This document shows positions 1-11,840 of a stretch of 64,000 bases of DNA, one piece after another (the first letter of the stretch is position 1; each line of letters starts with the position of its first letter). The notes under the pieces were generated by a model. It was not told the origin of the DNA, did not search any database, and worked only from the letters and a program-made list of their open reading frames with translations. The stretch comes from Basidiobolus meristosporus CBS 931.73. Taxonomy: Eukaryota; Fungi; Basidiobolomycota. A program made the position numbers and the translations under genes. The stretch is from positions 1 to 64,000 of the forward strand of contig MCFE01000227.1 of NCBI GenBank assembly GCA_002104905.1. Reading direction: 5' to 3'.

Positions 1-857
1 TTATCCACATATAGAGCTAATAGAACTGGACTTGCTCTATCTGGCTTATAGTATATACTATAGTCAGCATTATTCCTTTTGAAACTCAAAGATTCCAAAT
101 AAGAATCTATCTTGCAATTCCAGGCTCTTGGTGATCATATAAGACCATATAGAGACTTTTTAAGTTTGCACACCAAATGGGGGTTATCTTGGTCAACAAA
201 CCCATCAGGTTGGTCTATATACACGTCCTCATCAAATTCTCCATTCAAAAATGCAGCTTTTACATCCATTTGATGAATAAAAAACTTATATTTGGCTGCA
301 ATAGCCAATATTAATCTGATGGAATTAAACTTGGCTACCGGTGCAAAGGTCTCAGTATAGTCAAGTCCTTTTGTTTGAGAGTATCTTTTGGCTACAAGTC
401 TTGCTTTGTATCTGTCAATTGTACCATCAGCCATGTATTTTGTCTTGAAGACCCATCTACATCCAATTGTTTTTTGGTTGATTAGTAATTTGACTAAGTC
501 CCAAGTTTGATTTTCCATCAGGGCCTCATATTCCTCAGTCATTGCAGATCTCCAAAACTTTGTCTGAGGGCTACTTAGGGCCTCTTTTACAGTCAGAGGC
601 TCATCAATATGGACAGAATAGGCATAGGCTAAGATTGTACCCTCATTGAAATAGTAATTTGGGCTATTTCTTGTCCAATTGGATCTCTGGGCATTTGATA
701 CTGGAATAATTGCTTCTGGGATATTCCTGGGCACTGATTCTGGCTGAACCACAGCTATAGAGTCCTCTGGAGTGAAAAAATTTTCACTGTTATGCTCTGA
801 TTCAATCCTGATAATTGGTGGACTTGAGAGCAGATTTTTGTCATCATCTGATGCCAT
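1..857 (-). pseudogene. Copia reverse transcriptase (RVT_2-type), disrupted
   Basis: ORF 135-857 has AMTEEYEAL..NQTW, GCRWVFKTK, RYKARLVAK, TFAPVA, HQMDVKAAFLNG, CKLKKSLYGL. The same frame continues past the stop at 135-137 as SPRAWN...LALYVD; the codon for the second catalytic Asp begins AA at the window edge. Confidence 0.93.
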
Positions 858-929
858 TTTTTGTGAAAATTATGAGTTTTCATCAAACAACACATCCCTG
901 GATTTGATTAGCTTCTTTGCTTTGGTATT

Positions 930-1973
930 TTAGATTCTGTATGCTTTACTCTCATTGCAGTAACCCAAAAATATGCATTTTACATGCTTTGGCTCAAATT
1001 TTGACCAATTTCCGGTCAGTTTCTTGGCATATGCTGTACACCCAAATATTCTTAGATGTTCTGCACTTGGTCTGTGCCCATACCATGCTTCAAATGGAGT
1101 AGAATTACAAAGTATTCTGTTATAACTCCTATTTTTAAGGTATACAGCAGTGGCAACTGATTCTGCCCAAAGACCATAGGATAATTTTTGATCATGGATC
1201 ATAGATCTTGCCATATTTATTATTGATCTATTAGCACGTTTTGCTACTCCATTTTGCTGTGGGGAGTATGGTACAGCAGTCTCATGTTTTATCCCATGAA
1301 TCTTGCAGAAGTGGATGAAGAGTTTTGAGGTATTTTTTCCACCATTGTCAGAGTGTATTTTCTTGATTTCTTCATCAGTGTCTCTCACCACCATGGCTTT
1401 AAGCTCCCTGAGCTTAGACAGAGCTTCTTTCGTTCTCTCCATGAAGTAGACCCATGTGTATCTTGTATAATCATCAATAAAAGTGATTAAATACTTCATC
1501 CCACTCAAGGATAAATATTGCATAGGTCCACACAGATCTGAGTGAATTAGATCTAGTTTTTTCTTAGTTTTGATTATCCCAGAGCTCTTCAACAATTGTC
1601 TGGCTTGTTTCCCATATATGCAGGCTTCACAGTGCTTCAAACTAGCTGCAGGATCAATTTTTACTCCAGAAATTAGCTGATCTTTGATAATTTTGCACAA
1701 ATAATTAAAATTGATGTGCGCAAATCTCCTGTGCCAAAGCATTGGTGTTTCTTCATTTAAGTTACTTATATTGGCTTCCAAATATGATGGAATATGAGTC
1801 AACTTGCACAGATTCAGATCTCTGATACCCAAAGCAATATGGGCACCATTTTGATCAGTAATCTTGCTTCCAGAATTGTTAAAGCTGAAACTGAGTCCTT
1901 CTGTGGCAACCTTGCTTACAGAAAGTAGGCTCTTGGCCATTTCTGGTACATAAAGTACTTCTTTAAAGGTCAT
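930..1973 (-). pseudogene. Copia GAG-pre-integrase plus integrase core
   Basis: WHRRFAH, CEACIYGKQ, IHSDLCGPM, FIDDYTR, HSDNGG, PQQNGVAKR (catalytic E replaced by K), CIFLGY. Confidence 0.93.
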
Positions 1974-2640
1974 TGTATGGCTCCCCTTGCTGCTTCTTAG
2001 GCTTACTTGGATGTTCCTTCTCCCACTGCATCAAGTGTTCTATTGTCACCTATGAAAACCTTCTTGATTGGAATTTCTTGATATTGGGTAAAAAGTTCTT
2101 CTTAGTGTGTAAAGTTTTGAGATGCTCCAGAGTCAATGTACCACATCTGAGAATCCTTGTTTGTGGTCATATTTAGTGCAGATATGAATAGTCTATCTTC
2201 AGTTGTTGCAGCATTTCCATATTCAGGCTTCTTTTGATGATTATCTCCCTTTTTGAGACACTGGTCTGATGTGTGTCCCTTCCTTTTGCAGTAGTTGCAA
2301 AATAGGTTGCTGTTGCCTTTGTAGGGTCTTGGGTACCTCCTTTGTTGGTTATCACTGCTTATTAAAGCATTTTCTTCTTCCTTCTTATTGGTGCTTGATT
2401 TTCTTAATTCTTCATCCAGGAGCCTTCAATATACATAATTTAAGGTCAAATCTTCAGTTCTGGACTCTTGGGCTAATACAAGGCCCTGAAACTTGTTTGT
2501 CAGGCTATTCAGGATGGTACTATCACATCCTCATCAGTAGTTAGTATACCCACAGATTCCATCTCATCTACCAGCAGGGTAAATCTGTTAATTAGATTTT
2601 TCATTTCTTCTCCTGGCGGCATCTTTGTAGTAAAGAATTT

Positions 2641-3069
2641 TCATCCCAGATACATTTTCTTAGCAGCTGAGCATGACTGGTAGGTGTCTTCTAATGACTT
2701 CCAGGAATTCTTTGCTGTTTTTGCTCTTGAGTAATGAATTAGCATTTTGTCTTTAATATTAAGGCAAATGCAGTTAAAGGCACTTTGTTCTTTCTTCTGG
2801 TACATTGAGGCTTCCTCTCCCACATATTTAGGTGGGCATTCTTCTCCCATGACAATATTCCAAAGGCCTCTTTCTTGTAGTAGCATCTTCATCTTCACCT
2901 TCCACACCTGGTAGTTAGATCCATCCAACTTTTCAGCAGAGGGAAAAATTCCAGTAGTAGCTGTTTTAGACATTGCAGAGAGTGACAGCTTGGGGCTCAT
3001 AACCTGTTGTAAGAGTCTTGGAGATATTGGAAGTGATTTGGGAGAACAAGTAGAATATGCGGTTCTCAC
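2641..3069 (-). pseudogene. Copia gag N-terminal (UBN2-type) fragment
   Basis: KLDGSNYQVWKVKMKMLLQERGLWNIV...AKTAKNSWKSLEDTY; a homologous copy lies at ~58.9-59.5 kb. Confidence 0.85.
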
Positions 3070-3074
3070 TTAAT

Positions 3075-3285
3075 AGACTTGTTCCATTGTGCCATTGATC
3101 ATAGTGCCAGAAAGTGCTGTATATTTTGTTGTTAATTTGATATTCAAGGGTCATATGCATGTCAATTTTGATCCCAAATTGGCACTGTATGGCATCATCT
3201 GGCACTCTGTGGCATGATCAGGCACCATCTGACATGCTATGGCACTATTGGGCACTATGATCAGCTGGAATGATGGAACAAGTCT
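3075..3285. mobile_element. 211-bp MITE, AGACTTGTTCC terminal family (PIF/Harbinger-like by inference)
   Basis: TIR AGACTTGTTCCAT / ATGGAACAAGTCT; TSD AAT at 3072-3074 and 3286-3288. The homologous copia leader near 59.1 kb shows the empty site. Confidence 0.9.
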
Positions 3286-3599
3286 AATGATTTATTGAAT
3301 GTAAAAGTAGTATTTATACTTATACATTGTCTTGGCATTACAAACAGGTAGAATAGGTTGAGAAAGGTCTCATGAACATGTGTGCAAGGTTTGGGGCTGT
3401 TTGGACAACTTTGAGAATTTTCATGTTCTGGGTACCTGGTATTTTGGTGAAAATATTCTAAGTAAGTCCCAACACAGAATTTGGTCAGTATTCTCTAGGA
3501 TTTGGAGGTAATGATATAAGTGACTAAGTCTGGTGAATATTTAGGTGGAATTACAAACTTTCTACAACAATATTTTAGCATTCTAGGAATATTCATCCA

Positions 3600-4200
3600 G
3601 AAGCAGATCACAAATGCCAATTTGGCACATCTACAGCTTTTATACAAGGAGTTTGTGATGGGATTTGAGTGGTAATACTACAAGCATAAAGCTGAGTGTG
3701 TATATCTCTGCTGCTACTGTTTCCATTCTGTACTTCATCTTGCTTGGTGCATAGAGATCATTGGACCTTGCCTCACCTTTTGGGAGCTGCCTATGGAGTG
3801 GATGCTTGGCATAATAGAGAGACAAGTCAAGTTACAACTACTACTATATCCCAATCTTATCAAGAATATAACCCGCAAGGTTAGGTTGGATGCAACAAGC
3901 AACTAATTGTATTGGGACAATCATATCAAGGTGTGCCAGGTTTCTCTTGTGTACAAGACAATTTCTACACCTTACAATTTGGAATTCACACAAACAAGAC
4001 CCAGAGGGCACCTATAAGGGGACTAGAATCCAGCAGGGAGAAGGAGTAAATTGCCTAAGTACCAGAAAGTATTTTGCAGATATTCACAGTGTATTCATGG
4101 CAAAAGTGGCCCAGCAGTTTCAATACCACTTGGGCTTAGAATTACAATCTTGATGGCCATTTAATGAGATCATCACTGTTATTTTCTGTTGGGATGCTTG
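3600..4200 (+). pseudogene. En/Spm transposase C-terminal relic
   Basis: Homologous to 25.92-26.6 kb. One frame reads ...LHLAWCIEIIGPCLTFWELPME-like, matching the En/Spm DUF4218-type segment. Confidence 0.65.
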
Positions 4201-6401
4201 TAATGAGGAGTTTACATCTAAGATGCATTTTGATAGCATTAGGGTATGTTACACTTAGTAGAATTCTAAGAAAATGTGCACAAAGCTTGAGGCTGCTAGA
4301 GCATTTTTGACTTTTTATGACCTGGGTACCAGTTACTGAGGTGAAATAGTCTAATTACCAACAAAGAGTTTGTGCAGAATTCTCTGAAGTTTGTAGATTA
4401 TGATCCAAGTGAATAAATCAAGTTAATATTTAGGTGTAATTGCAAGATTCACAATATTCCCACCCAACTAACTATTCATATTAACTTTGTCCCAAGTGTG
4501 ATCTATGTTATACAGTTTGTCTCTATCTAATGGTTATTTGAATATATCTGCAGTCCTTTCATCTGCAGGACAGTAAACCAAGTTATCTAAGTAATTCTCT
4601 ACACAGCATCCATTCAGACATTCTAGCTACTGTTTACCCATTAGCATGCAAAAGAAATGCGCTTAAAGTACCTGTAAAAAGCCAAGCTCTTTGCGACCAG
4701 TATTTACCAGGTTCAAGTAAACACCATCAGATCTACATGAAGGCCGATCTGATATCATGCGGTAAATTGCATTTAAGGAAGTAATCAATGTTCTGGCCAC
4801 AAACAGGCCGTTTTCAAACCCCACCCGGAATGGAAATCAGATGATGCGGTGTAACCATGGACCATAGAAAAGGGTACGAGTATTGATGGAGGAGTTCGAC
4901 CAAAGATATAGGACTTGGCCGCATTCAACACGACACAACAAATTTGCACAATAAATGCTCTCGGTGCTGGATTCAAGTCCGAAGAACCGAGACACGAGTT
5001 CCAACAAACTGCACGGTGCGCCAGTACGTTGCAAATCATCCCCCGTGTCCCATCCCCCTTCCAAAAAATGGCCGAGAAACAGGTATGGTTCCCTTCTCCT
5101 GACGATTGACTAAAAGATCACATTTGTGACCGCACCGCAGCCAACCGATTTAGAACTTCTCCCATTCCGCCAGTGTAGTATCGCCGGAGTTTCGTCCCAC
5201 CGGCACGATCTGCATATTTCATTAGGAGCAACAGTGGTTCGCCATAAAAGGAAACCCACTTCCTATCCAGGGGGCGGTCAAGGGCCGATTCTTAGTCATC
5301 CACCGATTATCAACAATCAATGCATGAGGAGCGGGGCGAGCCATCTGAGGTGAAGCACCGTGAGCCTTGTTGCCACAGGAATCGCGAGTGCATCCGACAC
5401 TGGACTGGGCTATGAGTGAGCTGACACAAGGCAGCAGGGTCGAGGAGGGATCGACTGGAGATGTTCAGGACTCATCGGAGATGCGCTGGATAGGGCTATC
5501 GTCGCTGGGTGCTGGGGCGTGGCTCTACCGGGGTTGTCCGGAGGGCAGCGGCGGCCGGGCTTTGGGCTCAGGTGCTTCGTGGTGGCAAATGATCGAATTG
5601 TGCGATGTGGGCGGGGACTAAGGACTGAGATCCTGAGAATGAATTAGCCGGGTCTCCATCCGCATCGGTTGGGTGATACACCGCCTTGTCAGGTACTCCA
5701 TACATGTCCAGATAGGAAACCACCTCTTGGCCGCCAGATCTTCATCAAGCACCTCTCCCCTTGGAAAAGGGTGGGGTGGCTGAACGTGCTACAGGCGACT
5801 TTTGAGATCACGGCCAGTGCCAGGCCAATGGAGACTGGCTCCTCGTAATGCTTCATGCATGAGCACACAATCACCGTTGCGGAGCAACCCGCCGGCGCGA
5901 GCCCTTTGACTGCCATGCAGCCGCATTGCCGTGGTGTTTTGCCTGTTTCGAAGCGTGTTCTGACCTGTGCCCCTGCGAAGCCAATCACTTTGCCCCTCCC
6001 GCTGCTCTTTCGCTCCACACCACCAGGCAAGTTGCTCGTCATTCGGTAAGCCCGACATGTGACCCAGGTGATATACAATGATGAGACAAATTGATGGCAT
6101 CCCTTCCGTGATAGGCTGGGCAAATGAAATTTTCTTCAGCAATTGGCTCCAGTGCGTCATCTTTTTTCATGAGCTACATCGTCACAATCGAGGGTGGATT
6201 TATCCCTGGCATCCACCGGCGGTGAATCTCACCTGGTTAGCGCTATTTAATCTAGTGTTGACAGCTTGACTGGGAACCTAATATATCCATCATACAAGTC
6301 ACCTAAACCCTTTTTGTCTAACCTACTCTCCTTTGCCTCAAGCCCCCCTACTCCTACTTCCCCTTCCCCTTCCCCCACGAAAGCCTGTGAATTCCCACTG
6401 C

Positions 6402-7687
6402 ATGTTTGACCTAGAGCCGCAGTACTGCCAACCCTCCCATGGTATTGTGAACGTTCTTCTGGCAGTGTTCGTTGTCGTCGGACTTTTCGCTTCTTACGTT
6501 CCCCAGGCATGTGGACCACCCGCATTTCTCTAGTGCTCTGTTTCAGAAAGAGAGCTGACGAACCCTTAATTCCAACAGCAGGTTAAGATCCTCAGGAACA
6601 AAACCAGCGAGGGTTTTAGCCCGTGGTTCCTGTTGCTAGGCTCTTTGGCGTGTTTGTCGAGTTTACTCAACGTGCTGGTACTCCAGTGGCCAGTTCTGCA
6701 GTGCTGTAGGTTTTCGGTAAGCCATTTTCCCGGAGATTGGATGGTCGCTGGGCACTCAGACTAAGGTGCGCTTTTTAAGACGCCGGGGAGGTGTTTTCTG
6801 AATCTTTTAGGGATCCTCCAAGTGTCCGTTCAGTGGGTTTTGCTCGTCGCGGTGTAAGCTTGCTTCTCTGGTGTTACCTCCCCAGCTCTATCTAACCTTT
6901 TTGCCCAGCCTGGTCTTGTTCATCGTGTATTTTCCTGCTCATCGAAAGATGATCTACTTCTCTGACGCTACGGTGCCACATGCGGTGCCTTCATACGAGT
7001 GGAGATTGTCCAAAGCAATTGCTCTGGTCGTTGCCTCTCACCTTTTGGTCTTTGTTGGGGTGAGTGTGTATCTGCTTTTGATGGTTGGGGGGCCGCAGCA
7101 TACCGCAACCAAATGGTGGGCGGGAGCCTTAGGAGTGCTTGGCATGATCATGTCCATCCTACAGTATATCCCCCCGATCCGCCGAACCTGGAAGCGAAAG
7201 GTTAGTTCCAAGCGATGATTTCTAGATAATGCTTCACCTCGCTAAAGTGATTTCTAGTCTGTTGGTGCGTTGAGTATACCAATGATGCTGACACAAACCC
7301 CAGGTATGTGACTAGACTCCCATGCCCATCCTTGGAGCATCTACTAACTGAACATCAGCCACTTTCTTGCTGGCCTATTCACTTTTCCTGCAGCCGGGAA
7401 CCAACTGGTCTTCCTGGGTCGGGCTGCTAGTGTCTGGGGTTTTACAGAGCGTGTTGTTGATCCTGTCTATCGCGTGGTATCAGCGAGCCAGGAGGCTGAG
7501 AATGTACGCGCCGATCCTCATCACTGACGACGAGGATGAGGAGGAGCATCTAAATCACTCACATCCTTACCAACGCAACGAACGAGAGCCGTTAATCAGA
7601 GCCTCCAGCCCGGAGTCCGCGCGAGGCAGTTCAAATTCGCGACGTAACAATTACTGGAAGCCTAGTCCCGCAAGGGAGTTGAGCTAG
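6402..7687 (+). CDS. PQ-loop repeat membrane protein (cystinosin/PQLC-like transporter), 6 exons
   Basis: Exons 6402-6506, 6579-6716, 6780-6853, 6909-7200, 7258-7303, 7359-7687 splice in frame. Protein reads ...SYVPQQVKILRNKTSEGFSPWFLLLGS...QCC...ILQVSVQW...LQYIPPIRRTWKRKSVGALSIPMMLTQTP...PGTNWSSW..., with multiple hydrophobic helices. Introns have branch motifs; intron 1 is GC-AG. Confidence 0.88.
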
Positions 7688-8338
7688 CCAAGCACCAGCA
7701 TGGGGCCGCCGACAACCGGCAAACCGAATGTAATATAGTACAACTGGAAGCACCTCTTTAAGAAATTTCATCTATTCCTAACCTCATCCTTAACTACACT
7801 TACTCTCACCGTCACCACCCCTCCCCTTCTACGCCGCCCTCATACTTCCCACCCCACCCCTCCGCTTCGATACGAGTTGCCTCTGCCTCTGTTGCTGTGA
7901 GCAGTCGATTGACAGTCTTGCTTCTCGGGTGCATCCATTCGCCTGACATTTTGTCCCAGGGAAGCATTGGAATGCTCGTGGTCTTCACTATCCCATCCAT
8001 GTCCATCAACTCCTCCCTGAATACGCCCCCCTCATTCCCATGACGCCCAACCCGATCATCTATCCTCGTAATCCCGTCGATGTATTCTACGACCCAACGA
8101 ATACTTCTTACATAAAGACGTATATATGTATGTGATGGTATAATGATGGCTGAGCTACAGCCTCGTCTCCTTTTTACGGCCCCGACTAGGCATGAGGTAG
8201 GTTTATGATGGATGTCAACCTTTCCCGCGGCATCTGAAGCGCTCTAGTTTGAGAACTCCTGGTGTTTAGATTGTATCCGGAAGAGTATTTAATCTTTGAT
8301 GTCTAACCTACGGGTTTCTATTACGAAATATGGTATCA

Positions 8339-8361
8339 GGGGGGAGGGGGAGGGGGAGGGG
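8339..8361 (+). repeat. (GGGGGA)n G-quadruplex-capable motif
   Basis: G6-A-G5-A-G5-A-G4 between the convergent 3' ends of the two genes. Confidence 0.6.
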
Positions 8362-8598
8362 AAGTGGGATTCTACAGGCTCATTAAATCTACAGGTATTA
8401 ATCTGCACGGTGATTAAATAATCAACAAAATTCAGCAAAACGAGACCAGGTTGCACTGAGTGGTGAACAGGGACGAGCAGCAAGCCAACTCCGGGTATTA
8501 GGGATGGGATGTACATTAGGTTGGGCGTTGTAGGGAACATCGGTTTTCGTGTCGCTAACCGGGTTTATCCGGGAGGTCTGGGGAGTGCGTTGTTCATT

Positions 8599-11500
8599 TC
8601 AGCCCTTCAAGGATGTTTTTTTGGCCGAGAATGGCCGACTCAACTGGTCAGGCTTGTGGAGTAATGCTTGGTGGGCATCCGCTTCGCACAACCTGCGTCC
8701 GTCGTGGGTATAGTAAACCTCCAGCGTCTGCTCACATACCTAGGGAATATCCGTCGATGTTAGCGATGGGCCCCTGCAAACCGATTCTCACACCTCGACA
8801 GTTCCTTACCGAGCAAACAAAGCACTCCGAATGGAACCTTCCCTCAGCGGTTTCCATGCATAGCCCTTCGATTGGCTGGGAGCATTCGACGCACAACGAA
8901 TGGTTCACCTCATGATAGTGCTGACAGCAATACGGGGTATTCTGGTGGATGTAGAATCTCCGATCCGGGAAGGGCTTTCGGCAAGTCTACGAAAGAAGCG
9001 GGATCCCCGTGTTAGCGCAAGGCAACATTGCAGACTTCTCTAGCCGCACCCCAATGAATCCATTGATATGTCCCACTTCTTACCTGGCATCCGAAGCATT
9101 GCGGGTGCCATTGGGCTCCGAGCGCCTTGATCGTCTTTTTCCCAATGGGTTTGGCACAGCCATGGCATTTCGGAAGTATCAGCAGGGCGTAGTCCATAGA
9201 GCAGTACACCTTCCCTTGATGCTCGACGAAGCCTGCCTCTGGCCTGACTGGCTCCTTGCAGTGGAAGCAACACAGGTGCCCGGGATGCCAAAGGGAGTCT
9301 AGGGCGGAGAAGCACTCACCGAGTATGGCAGAATCGCTTTGAGGCCGGATTAGTGGTTGTGCTTATCAAGCGGAGGGAGGGTTTACGCTGAGAGGACAGG
9401 CGTCGGGGCGTGGGGAAGGGCTGAAGTCACTTACCAGCCTGGGCAGATCGGAGCGCTTGCGGCCTTGTAATCCGCATCACAGTACAGGCCATTTCCGTCG
9501 AACCGGGCACTGGCCAGATCCAAGGGCTCGGAGCATACCAAACATTTGAAACAAACCTGGTGGAATGACTAGGTCGGTTGAAAAAGAAAAAGAAAAGAGA
9601 ATTGCTTTAGGTTTCTAACAAAATCCCAATTAACTTTCGTTGGATGACGAATCCACGGGGATTCCCCCTGTTTTCTGCGTGCTTACCTTGCCATCTAGTT
9701 CCACGCTCGCCTCATGCCCCGACACCCGCTTGGCGCACCTCTCGCACTCCCTGGATGCCTGATCCACCGCTTCGAACTCGAACAGCTCCGGCTTGATGGA
9801 TGGTTTGGCTTCGTTTCGATCGCGGCCATGTGGCTTGGCTTGCATTTGGTATTGATCGTATTTCGCTCGGTGTTGCTCCATGGTCCGGTGACTCGTCGAC
9901 TGGGATCTCTCCTGCGAATGCTTCGTGGTTGGGATCGGGTCTCTGTCGCTCGATACCGCATCTGGGCCACTCTCATCACCACCACGGCCACCCCGGATGA
10001 TGATCGGTTTGTTGGACAGAGCGATACCGGAGGGCTTGGGGCTACATTGGGGGGAGGAGAGGACAGACCTCGGCTGTACCTCGCGGGTATTGATGGCTTT
10101 CTGGGGGGCGTTTTGCGTTGTTTGGCTGTCTTGATGAGCTGGGCCATGCGGTGGGCTCGTCCTCGGCGATGTCTCTTCTGGCTTTCTCACAACGCTCGGG
10201 TACGGGATGGTCGGCTTGGTGGGTACTGGGTGTGGGCCACCGCCGCGCTTAACGCCGCCCCCTCCCCCGGTGATGGTCTTCTTCGTTGGAAGCGGGTCCA
10301 AGACGTGTCCACCTGCGAGCGCGCTCGGGTTTCCAACTGGATTTCCGCTCTTTTGCACGGGCGATGGGCCTTTCCCGCCCAGCGGCCGAGATGGTGGTTT
10401 AAGCATGGATTTAGGTGGTTCGGTGGTAGATCTGCTTGGCGGAGAGGTGGGCTTACCCCTCTCTACTGGCTTGGGCAACTGAGACTCCTTGCTCATGGCA
10501 GGTATGGTCGTCACTTGCGATAGCTTCGACTGGGGGATCTGAGTGGGGCGAGGTAAGCCGGAGCCACCTTTGGGGCCGGATGATTTCTGCGGTGCCATCG
10601 ATTTATTGCCTAGGCTGGGTCTCAACAACCGAGAGTTGCCGGGTGTCGCGGGCTTCCGGGATGCGTCCGGCCTGGTGGAAATGGTTGGTTCCTCTCCAGG
10701 TTTGCCGCTCGAATGGACCAGGGCGCTCAGTGGCAAAGAGTCTTTGTCGTTAAACAGCGATTCCGGCGCTTTGGTATTGAACACCGATCCAGGTGGTGGT
10801 AGACCTCTCGCGGAGGCACTGGGCCTGGGGGCATCCTGCTTGCTTCGCATGTCTTTCGCGTTGCCGTTACCGTTTGGGATCGGCATAGGCCTATTCGACT
10901 CGGCCAGGGATCTGATGGCCCCTTCTTTCTGGTTGGCAGTGGGGGCCCTGATCTTCGTTGGGGGCTGGAGGATTTTGGTGGGTGGCTTGGGCTTCAAATG
11001 GCTGGTGAGGCTGGGCTCGGCCTTGGTTTTGACTGGATGGGCGACTTTCGCCTCGTCCGTCATGGGCTTCGATTTTCTGGGCGTTGCCGCGGGCTGTCCA
11101 CGATCAGCATCGGGCCTGTGTGGAGCGCAGTTTTAGCGATGGTTGGGTGCGGGCGCTAGTACATTAACCAACTTACCCAGCGGTCGTTGGACGTCGAAAG
11201 CCAGCGTCTGTTGGGACGCTTTTTTTGACCGTATCCCGCTCCACCCGCTCCCTCGTGTCGGCCTGGTCCTTGGTCAGGAGGTCGTTATAGATGTTGAGGA
11301 AATCCAATGGGTTCTTCATCCCATTCTCGATGAACTCCTCTCCGTTCGTTGCTGGCGAGCTGGGCTGACTCTCTGGCTCGTCGTAATCATCCGAGTCGAT
11401 CGAGTATATGCTTGACTTACGAAATTGAAACGTTGGGAACTTCTCTATGGGTGCACGATTGGAAATGTTAGCAAACGAGACGAGGAAGTGCGCAGGACGG

Positions 11501-11840
11501 GCAGTAGCCCCGACCGGTTCTATGCAAGAATCATCAGTGGCTACCTGAGAATATGTCCTGCTCCGCGGAACTCTCTTTCAGTAGCAGAAGGGATTCTAGT
11601 TGTCCAAGACAAGGGAATGGATCCAAAGTTAGTGAGGGAACTAGCAACATCCACCACCGAATATTCCCGAATGGTGGTTGGATGCAGAAGAGGTGGAGAC
11701 GGTCTGCCTTTACCCTGGTCTATGGAGCTTCTCGGGGAACACTTGTGCTCTTCTAGGAATAGCAAATCCACCTCCTGTCCACAGTCGGTGCATTTGATGG
11801 TAGGCAAAACGTCTCGAATATGGATATCTTCTACATTCAT
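8599..11840 (-). CDS. Paxillin-like LIM-domain protein, 859 aa, 8 exons
   Basis: Exons 11714-11840, 11545-11595, 11177-11444, 9687-11115, 9435-9568, 9084-9336, 8810-8986, 8599-8739 (2580 nt, phases consistent, GT-AG). N-terminal CxxC..HxC motif, long Pro/Ser/Lys-rich region, four C-terminal LIMs (CERC..FHQVCFKCLVC; CPGC..WHPGHLCCFHC; CHGC..WHPQCFGCQTC; CVEC..FHSECFVCSVC). Confidence 0.9.

Larger units (their letters stand above)
1..3600 (-). mobile_element. Ty1/Copia LTR-retrotransposon relic, running off the window start; left boundary open, right boundary approximate
   Basis: Copia domain order on the minus strand: gag (AEKLDGSNYQVWKVKMKMLLQERGLW), CCHC knuckle (CNYCKRKGHTSDQC, ~2270), protease (WYIDSGAS, ~2130), integrase, RT. 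Frameshifts and stops separate the domains. Confidence 0.93.

Noticed and set aside
4912-5353. Plus-strand two-exon model using a 34-bp intron (5083-5116)
   Set aside because: The intron is much shorter than the 54-118-bp introns of the two supported genes, and the product is unrecognisable.
9695-11136. Long overlapping ORFs (9714-10523 +, 10543-11136 +, 9695-10147 -) as extra genes
   Set aside because: They are shadow frames of the GC-rich Pro/Ser-rich exon 4 of the LIM gene, with no domain signal.
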